The notes under the pieces are model-generated. The model worked only from the letters and a program-made list of their open reading frames with translations, was not told the DNA's origin and ran no database searches. Positions 1 to 9,155 of a stretch of DNA of 35,664 nt are shown one piece after another. Source of the DNA: a virus (Duplodnaviria > Caudoviricetes); the IMG/VR virus record IMGVR_UViG_3300020727_000045, positions 1 to 35,664 of that record. One strand, 5' to 3'. The first letter of the stretch is position 1. Every line of letters begins with the position of its first letter. Both the position numbers and the translations under genes were made by a program.

Positions 1-26
1 GCACAAAACAAAATTGAGGGGGTTAA

Positions 27-332
27 ATGAAACAAGAATTAGATGATGCGCTATGCAAGAAGTATCCGCTTATATTTGCACAACGTAATTGGGACAAAAT
101 GGACACGTGTATGTGTTGGGGGTTTGAGTGTGGTGATGGGTGGTACGATTTAATAGACACCCTATGCCGTGCCTTACAAGACTACGCAAATACATATCCA
201 GAGCACCAAGTTGTAGCTACGCAAGTTAAATCAAAGTTTGGCGAGTTGCGGTTCTACGTAGATGGCGGTAGTGATGTAACAGACTGGATGATTTCTTTCG
301 CCGAAAGATTGTCCTCAACGATAAAGGAGTGA
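27..332 (+). CDS. hypothetical phage protein (CGDGW...QVKSKFGELRFY family)
   Basis: 101-aa ORF with GAGGGG RBS; motif pattern typical of a widespread uncharacterised phage family. Confidence 0.8.
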   Translation: MKQELDDALCKKYPLIFAQRNWDKMDTCMCWGFECGDGWYDLIDTLCRALQDYANTYPEHQVVATQVKSKFGELRFYVDGGSDVTDWMISFAERLSSTIKE

Positions 333-335
333 GAA

Positions 336-569
336 ATGAGTAAAGATTATGATGATAACGAAGACAATGATATTTTTCGCAAAGAGCAAATAGAAAAATT
401 TTATGCGGAAGCAAGACCGTTAAGTGAAAAATATAAACTTCGTGAATTAACTGAAGAGGAAATAGCAAATATTTGGGATGAAACAAAAGATATTTTTAGA
501 AAGCCAAGTATGGCAAGCATACAACAATTTGCAAGAGCAATTATTAAAGCAAGTCGAGGTGAGAAATGA
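336..569 (+). CDS. hypothetical protein, paralog of 33976-34335
   Basis: 77-aa ORF; shares FRKEQ.EKFYAEARPL.EKYK.RELTEEEI with the ORF at 33976. Confidence 0.75.
   Translation: MSKDYDDNEDNDIFRKEQIEKFYAEARPLSEKYKLRELTEEEIANIWDETKDIFRKPSMASIQQFARAIIKASRGEK
354..465 (+). repeat. diverged direct repeat, partner at 34105-34216
   Basis: 112-nt colinear similarity read directly. Confidence 0.85.
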
Positions 570-700
570 CTTTAAGGCTTAAACCATCTTATATGAAATG
601 GACACCAGACGAATTAGCAGATGCTTTAAAAAACTGGTTAGGCAACAGAGAACAACTTTTGGCGGCAGCAAATATGCTACGACAACAAGCACAAGAAATT
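546..700 (+). repeat. 155-nt direct repeat, partner at 34549-34703
   Basis: 4 mismatches by manual comparison. Confidence 0.9.
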
Positions 701-820
701 GAACGCTATCACAATATGTTGCATGATAAAGATGTAGAAATAACAACACTAAAACAAATCATTGATGCAAACAATTTAATGTCAGATATTGGACAGTTTA
801 AGAAAGCGAGTAAGAAATGA
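566..820 (+). CDS. hypothetical protein (chimeric ANMLRQQAQEI family)
   Basis: 84-aa ORF; N-half matches ORF 34569, C-half matches ORF 35466. Confidence 0.8.
   Translation: MTLRLKPSYMKWTPDELADALKNWLGNREQLLAAANMLRQQAQEIERYHNMLHDKDVEITTLKQIIDANNLMSDIGQFKKASKK
671..797 (+). repeat. exact 127-nt repeat of the window end (35538-35664)
   Basis: identical sequence AATATGCTACG...GGACAGT; preceding base differs (A vs C). Confidence 0.95.
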
Positions 821-903
821 AATTAACAGATTTGTATTTATCACTTTTATTGGCAGTAGCCTGGGGACTTTGGCTCGGTTATTTAATCTGGGGGTATAAA
901 TGA
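817..903 (+). CDS. small membrane peptide (28 aa)
   Basis: MKLTDLYLSLLLAVAWGLWLGYLIWGYK; ATGA overlaps at both ends. Confidence 0.6.
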   Translation: MKLTDLYLSLLLAVAWGLWLGYLIWGYK

Positions 904-1070
904 AAAAAAAATATCGTGTTATATATAATCCAAAAGTTGACTGGTTTGAAATAGAAAAAAAATTATTATTTAGATGGGTATTTGTGCAAGGAAAAGTAAT
1001 AAAAGAAGATGCTATTAAATTGGCAAAACAATATTGTCAAGGTTTAATAGTTTGGGAGAGTGACAAATGA
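900..1070 (+). CDS. hypothetical protein (56 aa)
   Basis: manually translated MKKKYRVIYNPKVDWFEIEKK...; ATGA-coupled on both sides. Confidence 0.65.
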   Translation: MKKKYRVIYNPKVDWFEIEKKLLFRWVFVQGKVIKEDAIKLAKQYCQGLIVWESDK

Positions 1071-1159
1071 AAATAATATTCTTTTGCTTTTTAGTTGCTT
1101 TATTCATTTGCAGTTTAACTATTTTTTTAGTCGAAAACATAAGGGGAAATGTATGTTAA
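1067..1159 (+). CDS. small hydrophobic peptide (30 aa)
   Basis: MKIIFFCFLVALFICSLTIFLVENIRGNVC; coupled to neighbours. Confidence 0.5.
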   Translation: MKIIFFCFLVALFICSLTIFLVENIRGNVC

Positions 1160-1464
1160 CACCGGATCAGAAAGAACTATTACAAATGGCCTCGAGCAAA
1201 ATGTCACCAGAAGACTTTGCTAGTTTAGAAAAAGAAGAAAAAGAATTTTATGTAAAACGAGTTGAGGCAGCCATTGCCACCATTCATGCAGTATCGCCAC
1301 AGAATTTTTTATTCAAATATGTTAAAGGTGAAAAGCAAGATATTGGTGCATTGATGTTGGAACGTAACTTCTACCATGCACCCATTGGCACAAACCAATT
1401 TAATTCAGCCAAGTCGCATCAAATAGTTTATCAAAATCATTTAAAGATTAAGGTGGGAGTATGA
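1153..1464 (+). CDS. hypothetical protein (103 aa)
   Basis: start moved to MLTPDQ at 1153 after AAGGGG RBS. Confidence 0.7.
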   Translation: MLTPDQKELLQMASSKMSPEDFASLEKEEKEFYVKRVEAAIATIHAVSPQNFLFKYVKGEKQDIGALMLERNFYHAPIGTNQFNSAKSHQIVYQNHLKIKVGV

Positions 1465-1580
1465 ACAATCATCAGCCAGGTTGGAAGAATCCTAATTGGA
1501 AATACACTCCAGCCAAATATACCGACATCGTTAAACGATTTAAAGCACTTGGCTGGATTCCTCCAACACAAAAGAATTAA
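1461..1580 (+). CDS. small hypothetical protein (39 aa)
   Basis: MNNHQPGWKNPNWKYTPAKYTDIVKRFKALGWIPPTQKN; GGGAG RBS and ATGA overlap; last gene of the plus-strand block. Confidence 0.6.
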   Translation: MNNHQPGWKNPNWKYTPAKYTDIVKRFKALGWIPPTQKN

Positions 1581-1768
1581 GGTTTACGCATATTCGGCAG
1601 CGGATGGCTTTCTTGGCCATGAGCCTTCTCTGCCGGTAAAGACATATGCTTGTCTAGTTTCTTTTCAAGTCTGACCAATTCATTGTGTTCTTTCTTTTCA
1701 TGCTCACGCTCAACAATGTAATGGCCCTTTTTACTTTCGTGGTGCTTACCTTCAATTTTGAATTTCAT
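1577..1768 (-). CDS. His/Lys/Glu-rich hypothetical protein
   Basis: 63-aa ORF with AAGGA RBS; last gene of the late operon. Confidence 0.7.
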   Translation of the reverse strand: MKFKIEGKHHESKKGHYIVEREHEKKEHNELVRLEKKLDKHMSLPAEKAHGQESHPLPNMRKP

Positions 1769-1780
1769 ATTGTTCCTTTA

Positions 1781-2212
1781 TTAAGAATATAACCTTGTGC
1801 CTGCTTTATCGATAATGAGTGCCTGTTTCCTTGGAATCCCATTCGGCTCATTAGGAATGGAGATATGAGTCCAAGAATCAAATTCCCTAATAATCTGATC
1901 ATAATCTATATTGGATGCCATGATGGTCTGGATGACTTCATTTGGTGTCATGCCTGGCACCCTAATGTCGGCTGCACAACCTAGTCGATGTTGGCTAGTG
2001 TCTTTAGAACCCACAGAATCATTAACCAACTTGCTACGGTAAGCACTGTTAACCATGATTGGTTTATTACCCAATATCTCTTTAACCTTCTCAAGAAATG
2101 CTGCCAATCGTTTAAGGTTTTCAATTTCAGCCTCGTTCGGTGTGTTGTCAAATTCTCGGTGACTAGTAACAGTTAATTCTTCTAAAGTAAAGTGTTCAGT
2201 TAGTTGAGTCAT
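1781..2212 (-). CDS. endolysin, peptidase M15A family
   Basis: NSAYRS, SQHRLGCAADI (SxHxxGxAxD) and WTHIS zinc-ligand motifs; beside holin. Confidence 0.9.
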   Translation of the reverse strand: MTQLTEHFTLEELTVTSHREFDNTPNEAEIENLKRLAAFLEKVKEILGNKPIMVNSAYRSKLVNDSVGSKDTSQHRLGCAADIRVPGMTPNEVIQTIMASNIDYDQIIREFDSWTHISIPNEPNGIPRKQALIIDKAGTRLYS

Positions 2213-2415
2213 TATTTTTCTCCAATTTTAATGCCGGTTATTAAACCAATAAATCCGCCAATGACAGTTTGAAAACTTGGCCCAATAATTTTAAATACTT
2301 CAGTATCATCGACTGCCGGATCTAAAATGGCATAAATAAACATGAGTAACATGGCCACAATGACACAAACCAATGACCAGGCACAAATTAATAAAACATG
2401 ATCTTTTACATTCAT
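2212..2415 (-). CDS. two-TM membrane protein of the lysis cassette
   Basis: two hydrophobic segments; lies between holin and endolysin. Confidence 0.7.
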   Translation of the reverse strand: MNVKDHVLLICAWSLVCVIVAMLLMFIYAILDPAVDDTEVFKIIGPSFQTVIGGFIGLITGIKIGEK

Positions 2416-2819
2416 TTTGAAGCCACTCCTTGAACTTTTTCAAAAGTTCTGAGTCCACCCATACCAAGCATTCCCATCATTAATTGCCATAGATTATCAT
2501 CTAAGCCTGGCAATGGTGGAATTACAATTCCGAATATACCGGCAATAGTGCCTGATAGTGGCCTCAATAAATATTGGTAGGCTAACGCTAAAGCACTTAC
2601 CCAACCAATTGCTGGTCTCCATCCTGATACAAATAAAGATGGATTTGAAGCCTCTGCTTTATTGATGTCAGTCTGTGCAATCATCGATGCAAGTTCACCA
2701 GACTGTTGTAATTTGATTAATTCCAACTTTGCATTGGCTGCTTGAGCTGGATCTGGAAAGATTCGAGTAATTAAAGTATTACCTAAATCTAATGCTGCTG
2801 AAATTGGGTCTAAACTCAT
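2412..2819 (-). CDS. holin (3TM, GTA-holin-like)
   Basis: FVSGWRPAIGW and MLGMGGLRTFEK motifs. Confidence 0.88.
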   Translation of the reverse strand: MSLDPISAALDLGNTLITRIFPDPAQAANAKLELIKLQQSGELASMIAQTDINKAEASNPSLFVSGWRPAIGWVSALALAYQYLLRPLSGTIAGIFGIVIPPLPGLDDNLWQLMMGMLGMGGLRTFEKVQGVASK

Positions 2820-3055
2820 TTATCCACCTTGTTATCTAATTTATCAAACAGTTTATCCAAAATGGCTTCCAACTTGTCAAATCGTGCATCGATGTCGGTT
2901 TTACGAACATAGTTTGTTGGCAAATCAATTTCTAATTTTTTTAAATCATCTTTAAGTTTTTGAGTAGCTTCCCACAATTGACGTGCAAACCATCCTAAAC
3001 AAGCCAACGCTGCACCAATTCCAAAGTTTAATAAGTTTTGAATATCCATAATCAA
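2816..3055 (-). CDS. membrane-anchored coiled-coil protein of the lysis region
   Basis: N-terminal TM helix, then LPTNYVRK.D...LDNKVDK. Confidence 0.75.
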   Translation of the reverse strand: MIMDIQNLLNFGIGAALACLGWFARQLWEATQKLKDDLKKLEIDLPTNYVRKTDIDARFDKLEAILDKLFDKLDNKVDK

Positions 3056-3774
3056 CTCTTCATAATAAACGCCAAAGCGTAGTATGGCGGCAAGTTGGCA
3101 TTAGTGCCACTTACACCAGTTGTGCTATTAGCTACAGTAACGCCTGTAGTTGCTGTGCTTGTTGGGGTTACTGTTTGTGTGTATGGTGTTCCACCATTAG
3201 ACCCTGCTCTTACTAAAGCAGTTTGATAATCATTGTAATTATGGAAGTGACCTGGGTCAGTTACTGTTGCTGTATGTGTATGGCTTACAACAATCGCATC
3301 AGCAGAACCACCAGTTGTACCGACTGCATACGTTGAGCCAGCACCTAAAATAAAAGAATTTCTTAAATCTGGTGTGCCATTTTGACCATTACATAATACC
3401 CAACCACTAGGAATTGAGCCTAATGAGCCTGACCAAATAGCAATTAATCCACTTGGCACTGTATTTGATACTGTTGGTGCAGTCTGCAAGATACCATAAA
3501 GATTATCATAAGTCTGAATCACATTACCATTGCTATCGCACAATACAAATTTATAACTATAGCCATACGTTACCCAAATCTCTGTGGCCGGTCTACCATC
3601 GACTCCCAAGACAATTGGATTCGCATTGGCTACATTACCGGCATTATCAGAATAGGTGGTTAAAGGAGTGCTTGATCCTGCTTGATAGGTATAAATTAGA
3701 CCACCATTTAAAGGTAGCCCTGTGGTGGTTAGGAATTGGAATCCGTTTCCAATCGGTGAAAGTAAAACGCTCAT
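3052..3774 (-). CDS. short tail fibre/tailspike adaptor with tail-collar domain
   Basis: N-terminal PLNGGLIYTYQAGSSTP...ANPIVL virion-attachment-like domain; C-terminal IPSGWVLCNGQNGTPDLR...NLPPYYALAFIMK collar signature. Confidence 0.8.
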   Translation of the reverse strand: MSVLLSPIGNGFQFLTTTGLPLNGGLIYTYQAGSSTPLTTYSDNAGNVANANPIVLGVDGRPATEIWVTYGYSYKFVLCDSNGNVIQTYDNLYGILQTAPTVSNTVPSGLIAIWSGSLGSIPSGWVLCNGQNGTPDLRNSFILGAGSTYAVGTTGGSADAIVVSHTHTATVTDPGHFHNYNDYQTALVRAGSNGGTPYTQTVTPTSTATTGVTVANSTTGVSGTNANLPPYYALAFIMKS

Positions 3775-6228
3775 TTATTCTTTTCCTATATTTTTAAGTT
3801 GAATACCAGCACTTGGTGAGACCCTTTTTTCTGCATTTAATTGAGCTTCTAATTCGGCAGCTTCTTTAGCTGATTTGCCTTTTTTAATTTCATATACTTT
3901 TCTTGCAACAGTTCCCAATATTCCTGTTTTAGCATTAACTGCACCTTCAGCTAAATCTAAAGCTAAATTTTCGGCTAATTGTTTTTTTTGTAATCTTTCA
4001 GTTTCTAAAGCACTATTAGAAGTATTGACAGAATGACCACCTTTGACGTGTTCTGTCATATTGGCAACATCTGCTAAATCTTTTAAATCTATTAAATGCT
4101 CTTGTTTAAACATTGTTGGCAAATTATTGGCATAAATTTTATTTAATTGATCAGATAATTGAGCTTGAGATATTTTTCCTGTTTCATTACCTAATTCGCC
4201 CTTAACTCCAGAAGCTCTTTTAATTTTATCAATAGTTGCAGCATTTAAACTTTGATGTTCTACACCATTATGTCCAATTTCATTTAGCAGTCGATTAATT
4301 TCTACTTGAGGTGTTTGTGGCCCGTAAAATTTATCTAAAAATGTATTTGAAGCTGGGTGAAGATTGCCTGCATTTATTTCAGCTTCTGTTCTTATATCAT
4401 TAATTGCGGCTTTATATGCAGGTAAATCTTTTTGTAATTGTTTATGTTCTTTAAACGCATTTCTTGCAGCATCATCTAATGGTCGTAAATAAGCTAAGTT
4501 TTCAGGCAATGGCATTTCATGTAATTTATCATATATAATTCCTAATCCATGAGTAATATTTCCATCTTTTGATGATCTCATTCCTGCAGCCAATCTAGTT
4601 CTAAAATGAATCATGTCATCATAAGTCATTGTGCCTAATGCCATTTGATCTTCTAATTCTTTATATATTGGATTTTCTATTGTTGCACGATACGATTTTT
4701 CTTTTTTTAATTGACTATCTATTGTATTTTTTAAATCACTAATATTAAAAGGTAAATTTCCACCATTTGCGTCAGCTAATTTTTTATATAAAAATTCTTC
4801 ATTAGCATTTCTTGCTATAAAATTTTGCTTCATTTTTTCTAAAGCAGTATTTGCTAATTTGGCAGGATTTGCTTCATATACATCAGGAGCTACAGTCTCA
4901 CGAATTTTGTTAAACCCTGCAATTAATTTTGGGTCTCTTTCTTCTAATCTTTGACGTATTAAATCATCTTTAGTTCTTTCATTTGTTTCAATCGACATTT
5001 TTTTAATATCTTGCAATGCTTCGCCTTCAGTTGGAGTCATGTCAAATTTTGCAAATTTATTATGTCTATCAATAACCTCTAAAGGCAATTCATCAAAAGG
5101 TAATTCATCAAAAGATTTAACACCTGTTTGTTTTATTAAATCAGCAATTAATTCAGGTTTTGCTTGATATAAAGCATTTTTAACAGCTTCGCCATTAGCT
5201 GTTAAAGCAGCACCGCCACCAATCATTGGTTTTGATAATTCTAAAGGTTCAATAGATACTGTAGGATTAACTGCTTTCTTTGCATTAGCAAATGATTCTT
5301 GTAGTGTGCCAAAACCTTCAGCAGCTGGAGTTAATACTTTGCCGGCAACAGAGATAACTGGTTTTGCCACTGCGCTTGCTGCGGTCATTACCGGCTTAGC
5401 TGATGGCCCTAATGGCAAATCATATAAACCATGTTTTACCATTTGACCTAATAACTCACCAGGTTCTGCTTGTGAAATTGCTTCATAGGTTTGAGATGGA
5501 TTTAATAAAGCATTAATTGCCGTTTTGCCGGACTCAATTAATTTATTTTTTCCTTCTTGATGGAAACCTTGATCACCAACAATTGGCATTTCACCAACGC
5601 CATATTTCAACATATTGGCTAAAGTGGATTCTTTTTTCCAATCCTCTAAAGACATTGATTTTAAAGCATTAGTAACACCTTCAACGATTGGTTGTAAATT
5701 GCCACCACCAGCCTCCCTTGCTCGCTCTCCTTGTGCTACTAAATTGGGGTTATAAAAGCCTGGTTTCCATTCTTCTTGTTCTGGCTCAGAAGTATTTTCA
5801 ATTCTATCTAATTGCTCTTCTGATGGGATTCTTGATAAATAAGAAGATGGGGTTTCGACTGCTTGAAAATTAGGATCTAAAACAGCATGAACAGGATCCT
5901 TCTTTCCTAGTGGTCGATGTATGCCAAATTTATTTAAAAATGACTCTGGAACATTTGATCCAATATCTACTGCGTCAGTATGAAAATATTCTTTATCTGG
6001 ATAATCATCGGGATTTAAAGGCATATAAATGCCTTTTTCACCCTTTCTATTATATAAATCTTTTTGTTCTTTTCGCGTGCTTACTCTACGAGTGACAGGT
6101 AATTCTTTACCAAATTGCTCTTTGTATGCAAGTTGAGCTTGCTCTAATCTTTTTGCTAATTCCGGATTAGTTTCTGGCGCTTCATCAACTTTTGGTATTC
6201 TAGAAAGAAAAGAATCATAGGCTCCCAT
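3775..6228 (-). CDS. large DNA ejection (internal virion) protein with N-terminal M15-like domain
   Basis: 817 aa, mostly helical; third gene of the ejection trio by P22-like synteny. Confidence 0.65.
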   Translation of the reverse strand: MGAYDSFLSRIPKVDEAPETNPELAKRLEQAQLAYKEQFGKELPVTRRVSTRKEQKDLYNRKGEKGIYMPLNPDDYPDKEYFHTDAVDIGSNVPESFLNKFGIHRPLGKKDPVHAVLDPNFQAVETPSSYLSRIPSEEQLDRIENTSEPEQEEWKPGFYNPNLVAQGERAREAGGGNLQPIVEGVTNALKSMSLEDWKKESTLANMLKYGVGEMPIVGDQGFHQEGKNKLIESGKTAINALLNPSQTYEAISQAEPGELLGQMVKHGLYDLPLGPSAKPVMTAASAVAKPVISVAGKVLTPAAEGFGTLQESFANAKKAVNPTVSIEPLELSKPMIGGGAALTANGEAVKNALYQAKPELIADLIKQTGVKSFDELPFDELPLEVIDRHNKFAKFDMTPTEGEALQDIKKMSIETNERTKDDLIRQRLEERDPKLIAGFNKIRETVAPDVYEANPAKLANTALEKMKQNFIARNANEEFLYKKLADANGGNLPFNISDLKNTIDSQLKKEKSYRATIENPIYKELEDQMALGTMTYDDMIHFRTRLAAGMRSSKDGNITHGLGIIYDKLHEMPLPENLAYLRPLDDAARNAFKEHKQLQKDLPAYKAAINDIRTEAEINAGNLHPASNTFLDKFYGPQTPQVEINRLLNEIGHNGVEHQSLNAATIDKIKRASGVKGELGNETGKISQAQLSDQLNKIYANNLPTMFKQEHLIDLKDLADVANMTEHVKGGHSVNTSNSALETERLQKKQLAENLALDLAEGAVNAKTGILGTVARKVYEIKKGKSAKEAAELEAQLNAEKRVSPSAGIQLKNIGKE

Positions 6229-7721
6229 TATTGGTATTCTCCGCTCATTAATGCTTCAATATTATGAGCTTTTTCTGTAAATTTCTTAATATTCTCCTTT
6301 GACATTCCTTTAAACAATTTATTTACTTCCAATTGTTTTTCAGCCTCTGATTTATTGGAATCGTGAATATTTTGCAAAATAAAAATATTAGGATCGTAAT
6401 TGGATGCCCATGCGTTTTTAAATTGCGTATGATTGGCGTTCGCATTGTCAATACCACGCTTTGCTTCATACTTTTCATTTGCTTTTAAAAATGCTTTATA
6501 AGCAGTATTGGTGGCTTTAGAGCGCTCAAGAATGGACTTTAAACCACCTTCTGTGATGTTTACATTAGGAGATGCGGCAGCATTAGCATCTCTAGCTGCA
6601 TCAGTTCCAGCGCCCATAATTCTTGCTTGACGATTAGTAACATCGGCTAAAGACTTAGTTAAAATGTCCAAATCTTCATTGCCTGCAATCCACTTACCAC
6701 CTGATCTTAATAATCTTTTTGGTGCAGAACCGGCAGTTGCAGATAATTTCTTTTCGGCAGTGTCGATTGTTTTATTTAATTCTTCGGTTTCTTGCCCTAA
6801 TGAACTATATTGAGATTTTTCTTCTCTTGCTTGTTTGGCATTATCTCTTTGTTGTTCATTAAACAATGGGACACCATTTGCCATTCTGACAGGTGTTTCA
6901 GCAGTAATTAATGATGGCTTATTGAAACTTACTTGACCAGTAGGCTGAGTAGCAGGCTGACCAGTAGGTTGATTTACTGGAGGTTGATTGCCTTGATTGG
7001 TTGAACCAAATGGGACATATTCATTAGTAGCTTTATTGAATGTGCCTGGCACTCCACCAGCGCTTACCACTTCAGATAATGGTCCTTTGTATTCTTGAGC
7101 TGCTTTGGCTGCTACTTGCAATACTTGTGGTCCCGGCTTTGCATATCCCAAAGTTCCAATATAAGACTTTGCCAATTGTTGTGCATTAGGATCTGTTGGA
7201 AATTGATTGGCCCAATTCTGAACCTTCTCAATATAAACCTTTGGATCTTGCTCTCCGGATGCACTTAAGCCTGCCAAAACAGTTCCCAATGAACTTCTTT
7301 GAGTATCGGTTAACTTTGTTTTTGCTTCATTGGCTGAGGCTTGATTTGTCTTTAAATCAGTGTATTTCTTAATTGTTTCTGCGCCAGTATAGGGAGCCAA
7401 AGAATTGACAGAATGAGTGATTTTTTGTAAATCAATTTCACCATTTTGATCTAAATAATTTGTTGGATCACTTGCCCAATTTTGTAAAATTTTGCGTTCA
7501 TTATTTGCTTGAGTGGCTTTTTCTAAATCAATACCTTTAATTTGGGATTCTATTTCGGCAGACTTAGAGCGAGATTGTTCACCAGCAATCATTGCCGGAT
7601 ACAGTTCTTTAATTTTACTTAATTCATAAGATGATTTCTGAATATTCAGCATATCCGCTAAAGACATTCCCTTAGCCGGTTCTACTTTTATTGCGCTTGT
7701 GTCAGTTCTAAAATCAGCCAT
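6228..7721 (-). CDS. DNA ejection protein (P22 gp20-like position)
   Basis: 497 aa, A/Q/K-rich helical with QP linker; synteny. Confidence 0.65.
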   Translation of the reverse strand: MADFRTDTSAIKVEPAKGMSLADMLNIQKSSYELSKIKELYPAMIAGEQSRSKSAEIESQIKGIDLEKATQANNERKILQNWASDPTNYLDQNGEIDLQKITHSVNSLAPYTGAETIKKYTDLKTNQASANEAKTKLTDTQRSSLGTVLAGLSASGEQDPKVYIEKVQNWANQFPTDPNAQQLAKSYIGTLGYAKPGPQVLQVAAKAAQEYKGPLSEVVSAGGVPGTFNKATNEYVPFGSTNQGNQPPVNQPTGQPATQPTGQVSFNKPSLITAETPVRMANGVPLFNEQQRDNAKQAREEKSQYSSLGQETEELNKTIDTAEKKLSATAGSAPKRLLRSGGKWIAGNEDLDILTKSLADVTNRQARIMGAGTDAARDANAAASPNVNITEGGLKSILERSKATNTAYKAFLKANEKYEAKRGIDNANANHTQFKNAWASNYDPNIFILQNIHDSNKSEAEKQLEVNKLFKGMSKENIKKFTEKAHNIEALMSGEYQ

Positions 7722-7730
7722 ATTTTATCC

Positions 7731-8483
7731 TTAAGGTACTGGGCCAACAAAATTAGGGTTAGCCATGCCATTAATGTATTGCACTCCAGATTGGCCAAAA
7801 CCACCTGGTTGACTTAATCCAGTTCCACCACCTTGCCCAATACCAGATAAATACGCATAATTGCCCACGTTACTTAATCCTCCGGCATAGGCATTAGCTT
7901 GACCTACTTGGCCGGCTGCTTGTGCTTGTCCGATGCCTTGCGTAAGTTGAGCCACATTAGTGCCTGTACCAAGCTGTGCATTGGCAGTACCAGCTGCACC
8001 TTGATAACCAAGTCCAGCAATACCGGCTAATCGATTATAAATATTAGTTTGGTTTGCGCTGTAATTATTAAATGCGTTTTGATAAGCACCTTGAGCATAA
8101 TTTTGTGTATAGTCTTGTAAGCCTTTTAAAGCATTACCACCCATCATGCCACCTGTGGCATTATTGGCTGCGTTGGTTGCACCTTGCCCTTGTTGTAACT
8201 GAAAAGCATAATTAGGTGCTAAATTGGCATTTAAATCTTGATTATTAAACTGATTTTGGAAAAAAGGTAAGTTTGCATTTAATGCATTGACACCTGATTG
8301 ACCTAGTTGCGTATAAGGTGCAAATTGCTGACTGGCTTGTTGGCCAGTCTGTAATAATTGATCTTGCGCTCTAGCATTGGCATCAGCTTGGGTTTGTGCA
8401 GCTTTTTGAGCGGCATTGCCTTGAATCACAGCACCTGCTAAAGATGCACCCCCCATAATTACTGCCGCAGTTGCAAATGTCAT
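7731..8483 (-). CDS. DNA ejection/pilot protein (P22 gp7-like)
   Basis: G/A/Q/N-rich, hydrophobic N-terminus, PNYAFQLQQG and GNALKGLQDY motifs. Confidence 0.75.
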   Translation of the reverse strand: MTFATAAVIMGGASLAGAVIQGNAAQKAAQTQADANARAQDQLLQTGQQASQQFAPYTQLGQSGVNALNANLPFFQNQFNNQDLNANLAPNYAFQLQQGQGATNAANNATGGMMGGNALKGLQDYTQNYAQGAYQNAFNNYSANQTNIYNRLAGIAGLGYQGAAGTANAQLGTGTNVAQLTQGIGQAQAAGQVGQANAYAGGLSNVGNYAYLSGIGQGGGTGLSQPGGFGQSGVQYINGMANPNFVGPVP

Positions 8484-8935
8484 AATACATTCTCCTTACT
8501 CTCTATTTTAAACTTTTTAAGTTCATTTGCAAAATTAAAAAGTGCAGTATCATCTGGTTCTATTAATTGTTGTTCGATTTTTTCTAAATCTGTTTCATTT
8601 GTTTTATGAATAGTAATGCCAATTGCATCCGTTAAAGCCAAAGTAACTCGTTTAGTGCCAGCTTTGGATTCAACAATATCCCCTGCGTTTAATGTTTTCA
8701 TGCCTAATTCTGTCCATGCCATAATTTGGCCACTTGCACATAAGAAAATATGATCTTCTTTATGAATTTTGCCAACAATCAATGTGCCTGCTAGTCTAAA
8801 TACCTTTCGGCAATACATCCCACCACTAAAATAATGCTCAGTTTTTAACTCAGCCTGTGGCATTTTGACCATTTCAGATTGCAAAGTATTAATTTGCTCT
8901 CGACTAGGGATAAAATGTTCAATAATTTCAGACAT
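8480..8935 (-). CDS. cupin-like protein
   Basis: HYFSGGMYCR...GKIHKEDH...G.KRV pattern; start taken at MSEII (8935). Confidence 0.7.
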   Translation of the reverse strand: MSEIIEHFIPSREQINTLQSEMVKMPQAELKTEHYFSGGMYCRKVFRLAGTLIVGKIHKEDHIFLCASGQIMAWTELGMKTLNAGDIVESKAGTKRVTLALTDAIGITIHKTNETDLEKIEQQLIEPDDTALFNFANELKKFKIESKENVL

Positions 8936-9155
8936 TGTAATAAGGCACTTTATAAGGTTTACCGTTGACCACCACATTAATATAACCCTGTGGATTACTT
9001 GGAAGGTTTGCATTTCCTTTGGTCGCTGAGGTTGAGCTAGTGAAATTAAGGATATTTAAAAAGAATTGTTGCCATGCCCTAGTTGGTCTTTTAGTCTGTT
9101 CATCAATCAATTCAACTTGAGGATATGGACTATTAGTTAAATTAATATTATTCAA
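8928..9155 (-). CDS. small tail-associated protein
   Basis: 75 aa, TTG start overlapping the upstream stop; TRAWQQFF and LPSNPQGY...KVPYY motifs. Confidence 0.7.
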   Translation of the reverse strand: MNNINLTNSPYPQVELIDEQTKRPTRAWQQFFLNILNFTSSTSATKGNANLPSNPQGYINVVVNGKPYKVPYYNV

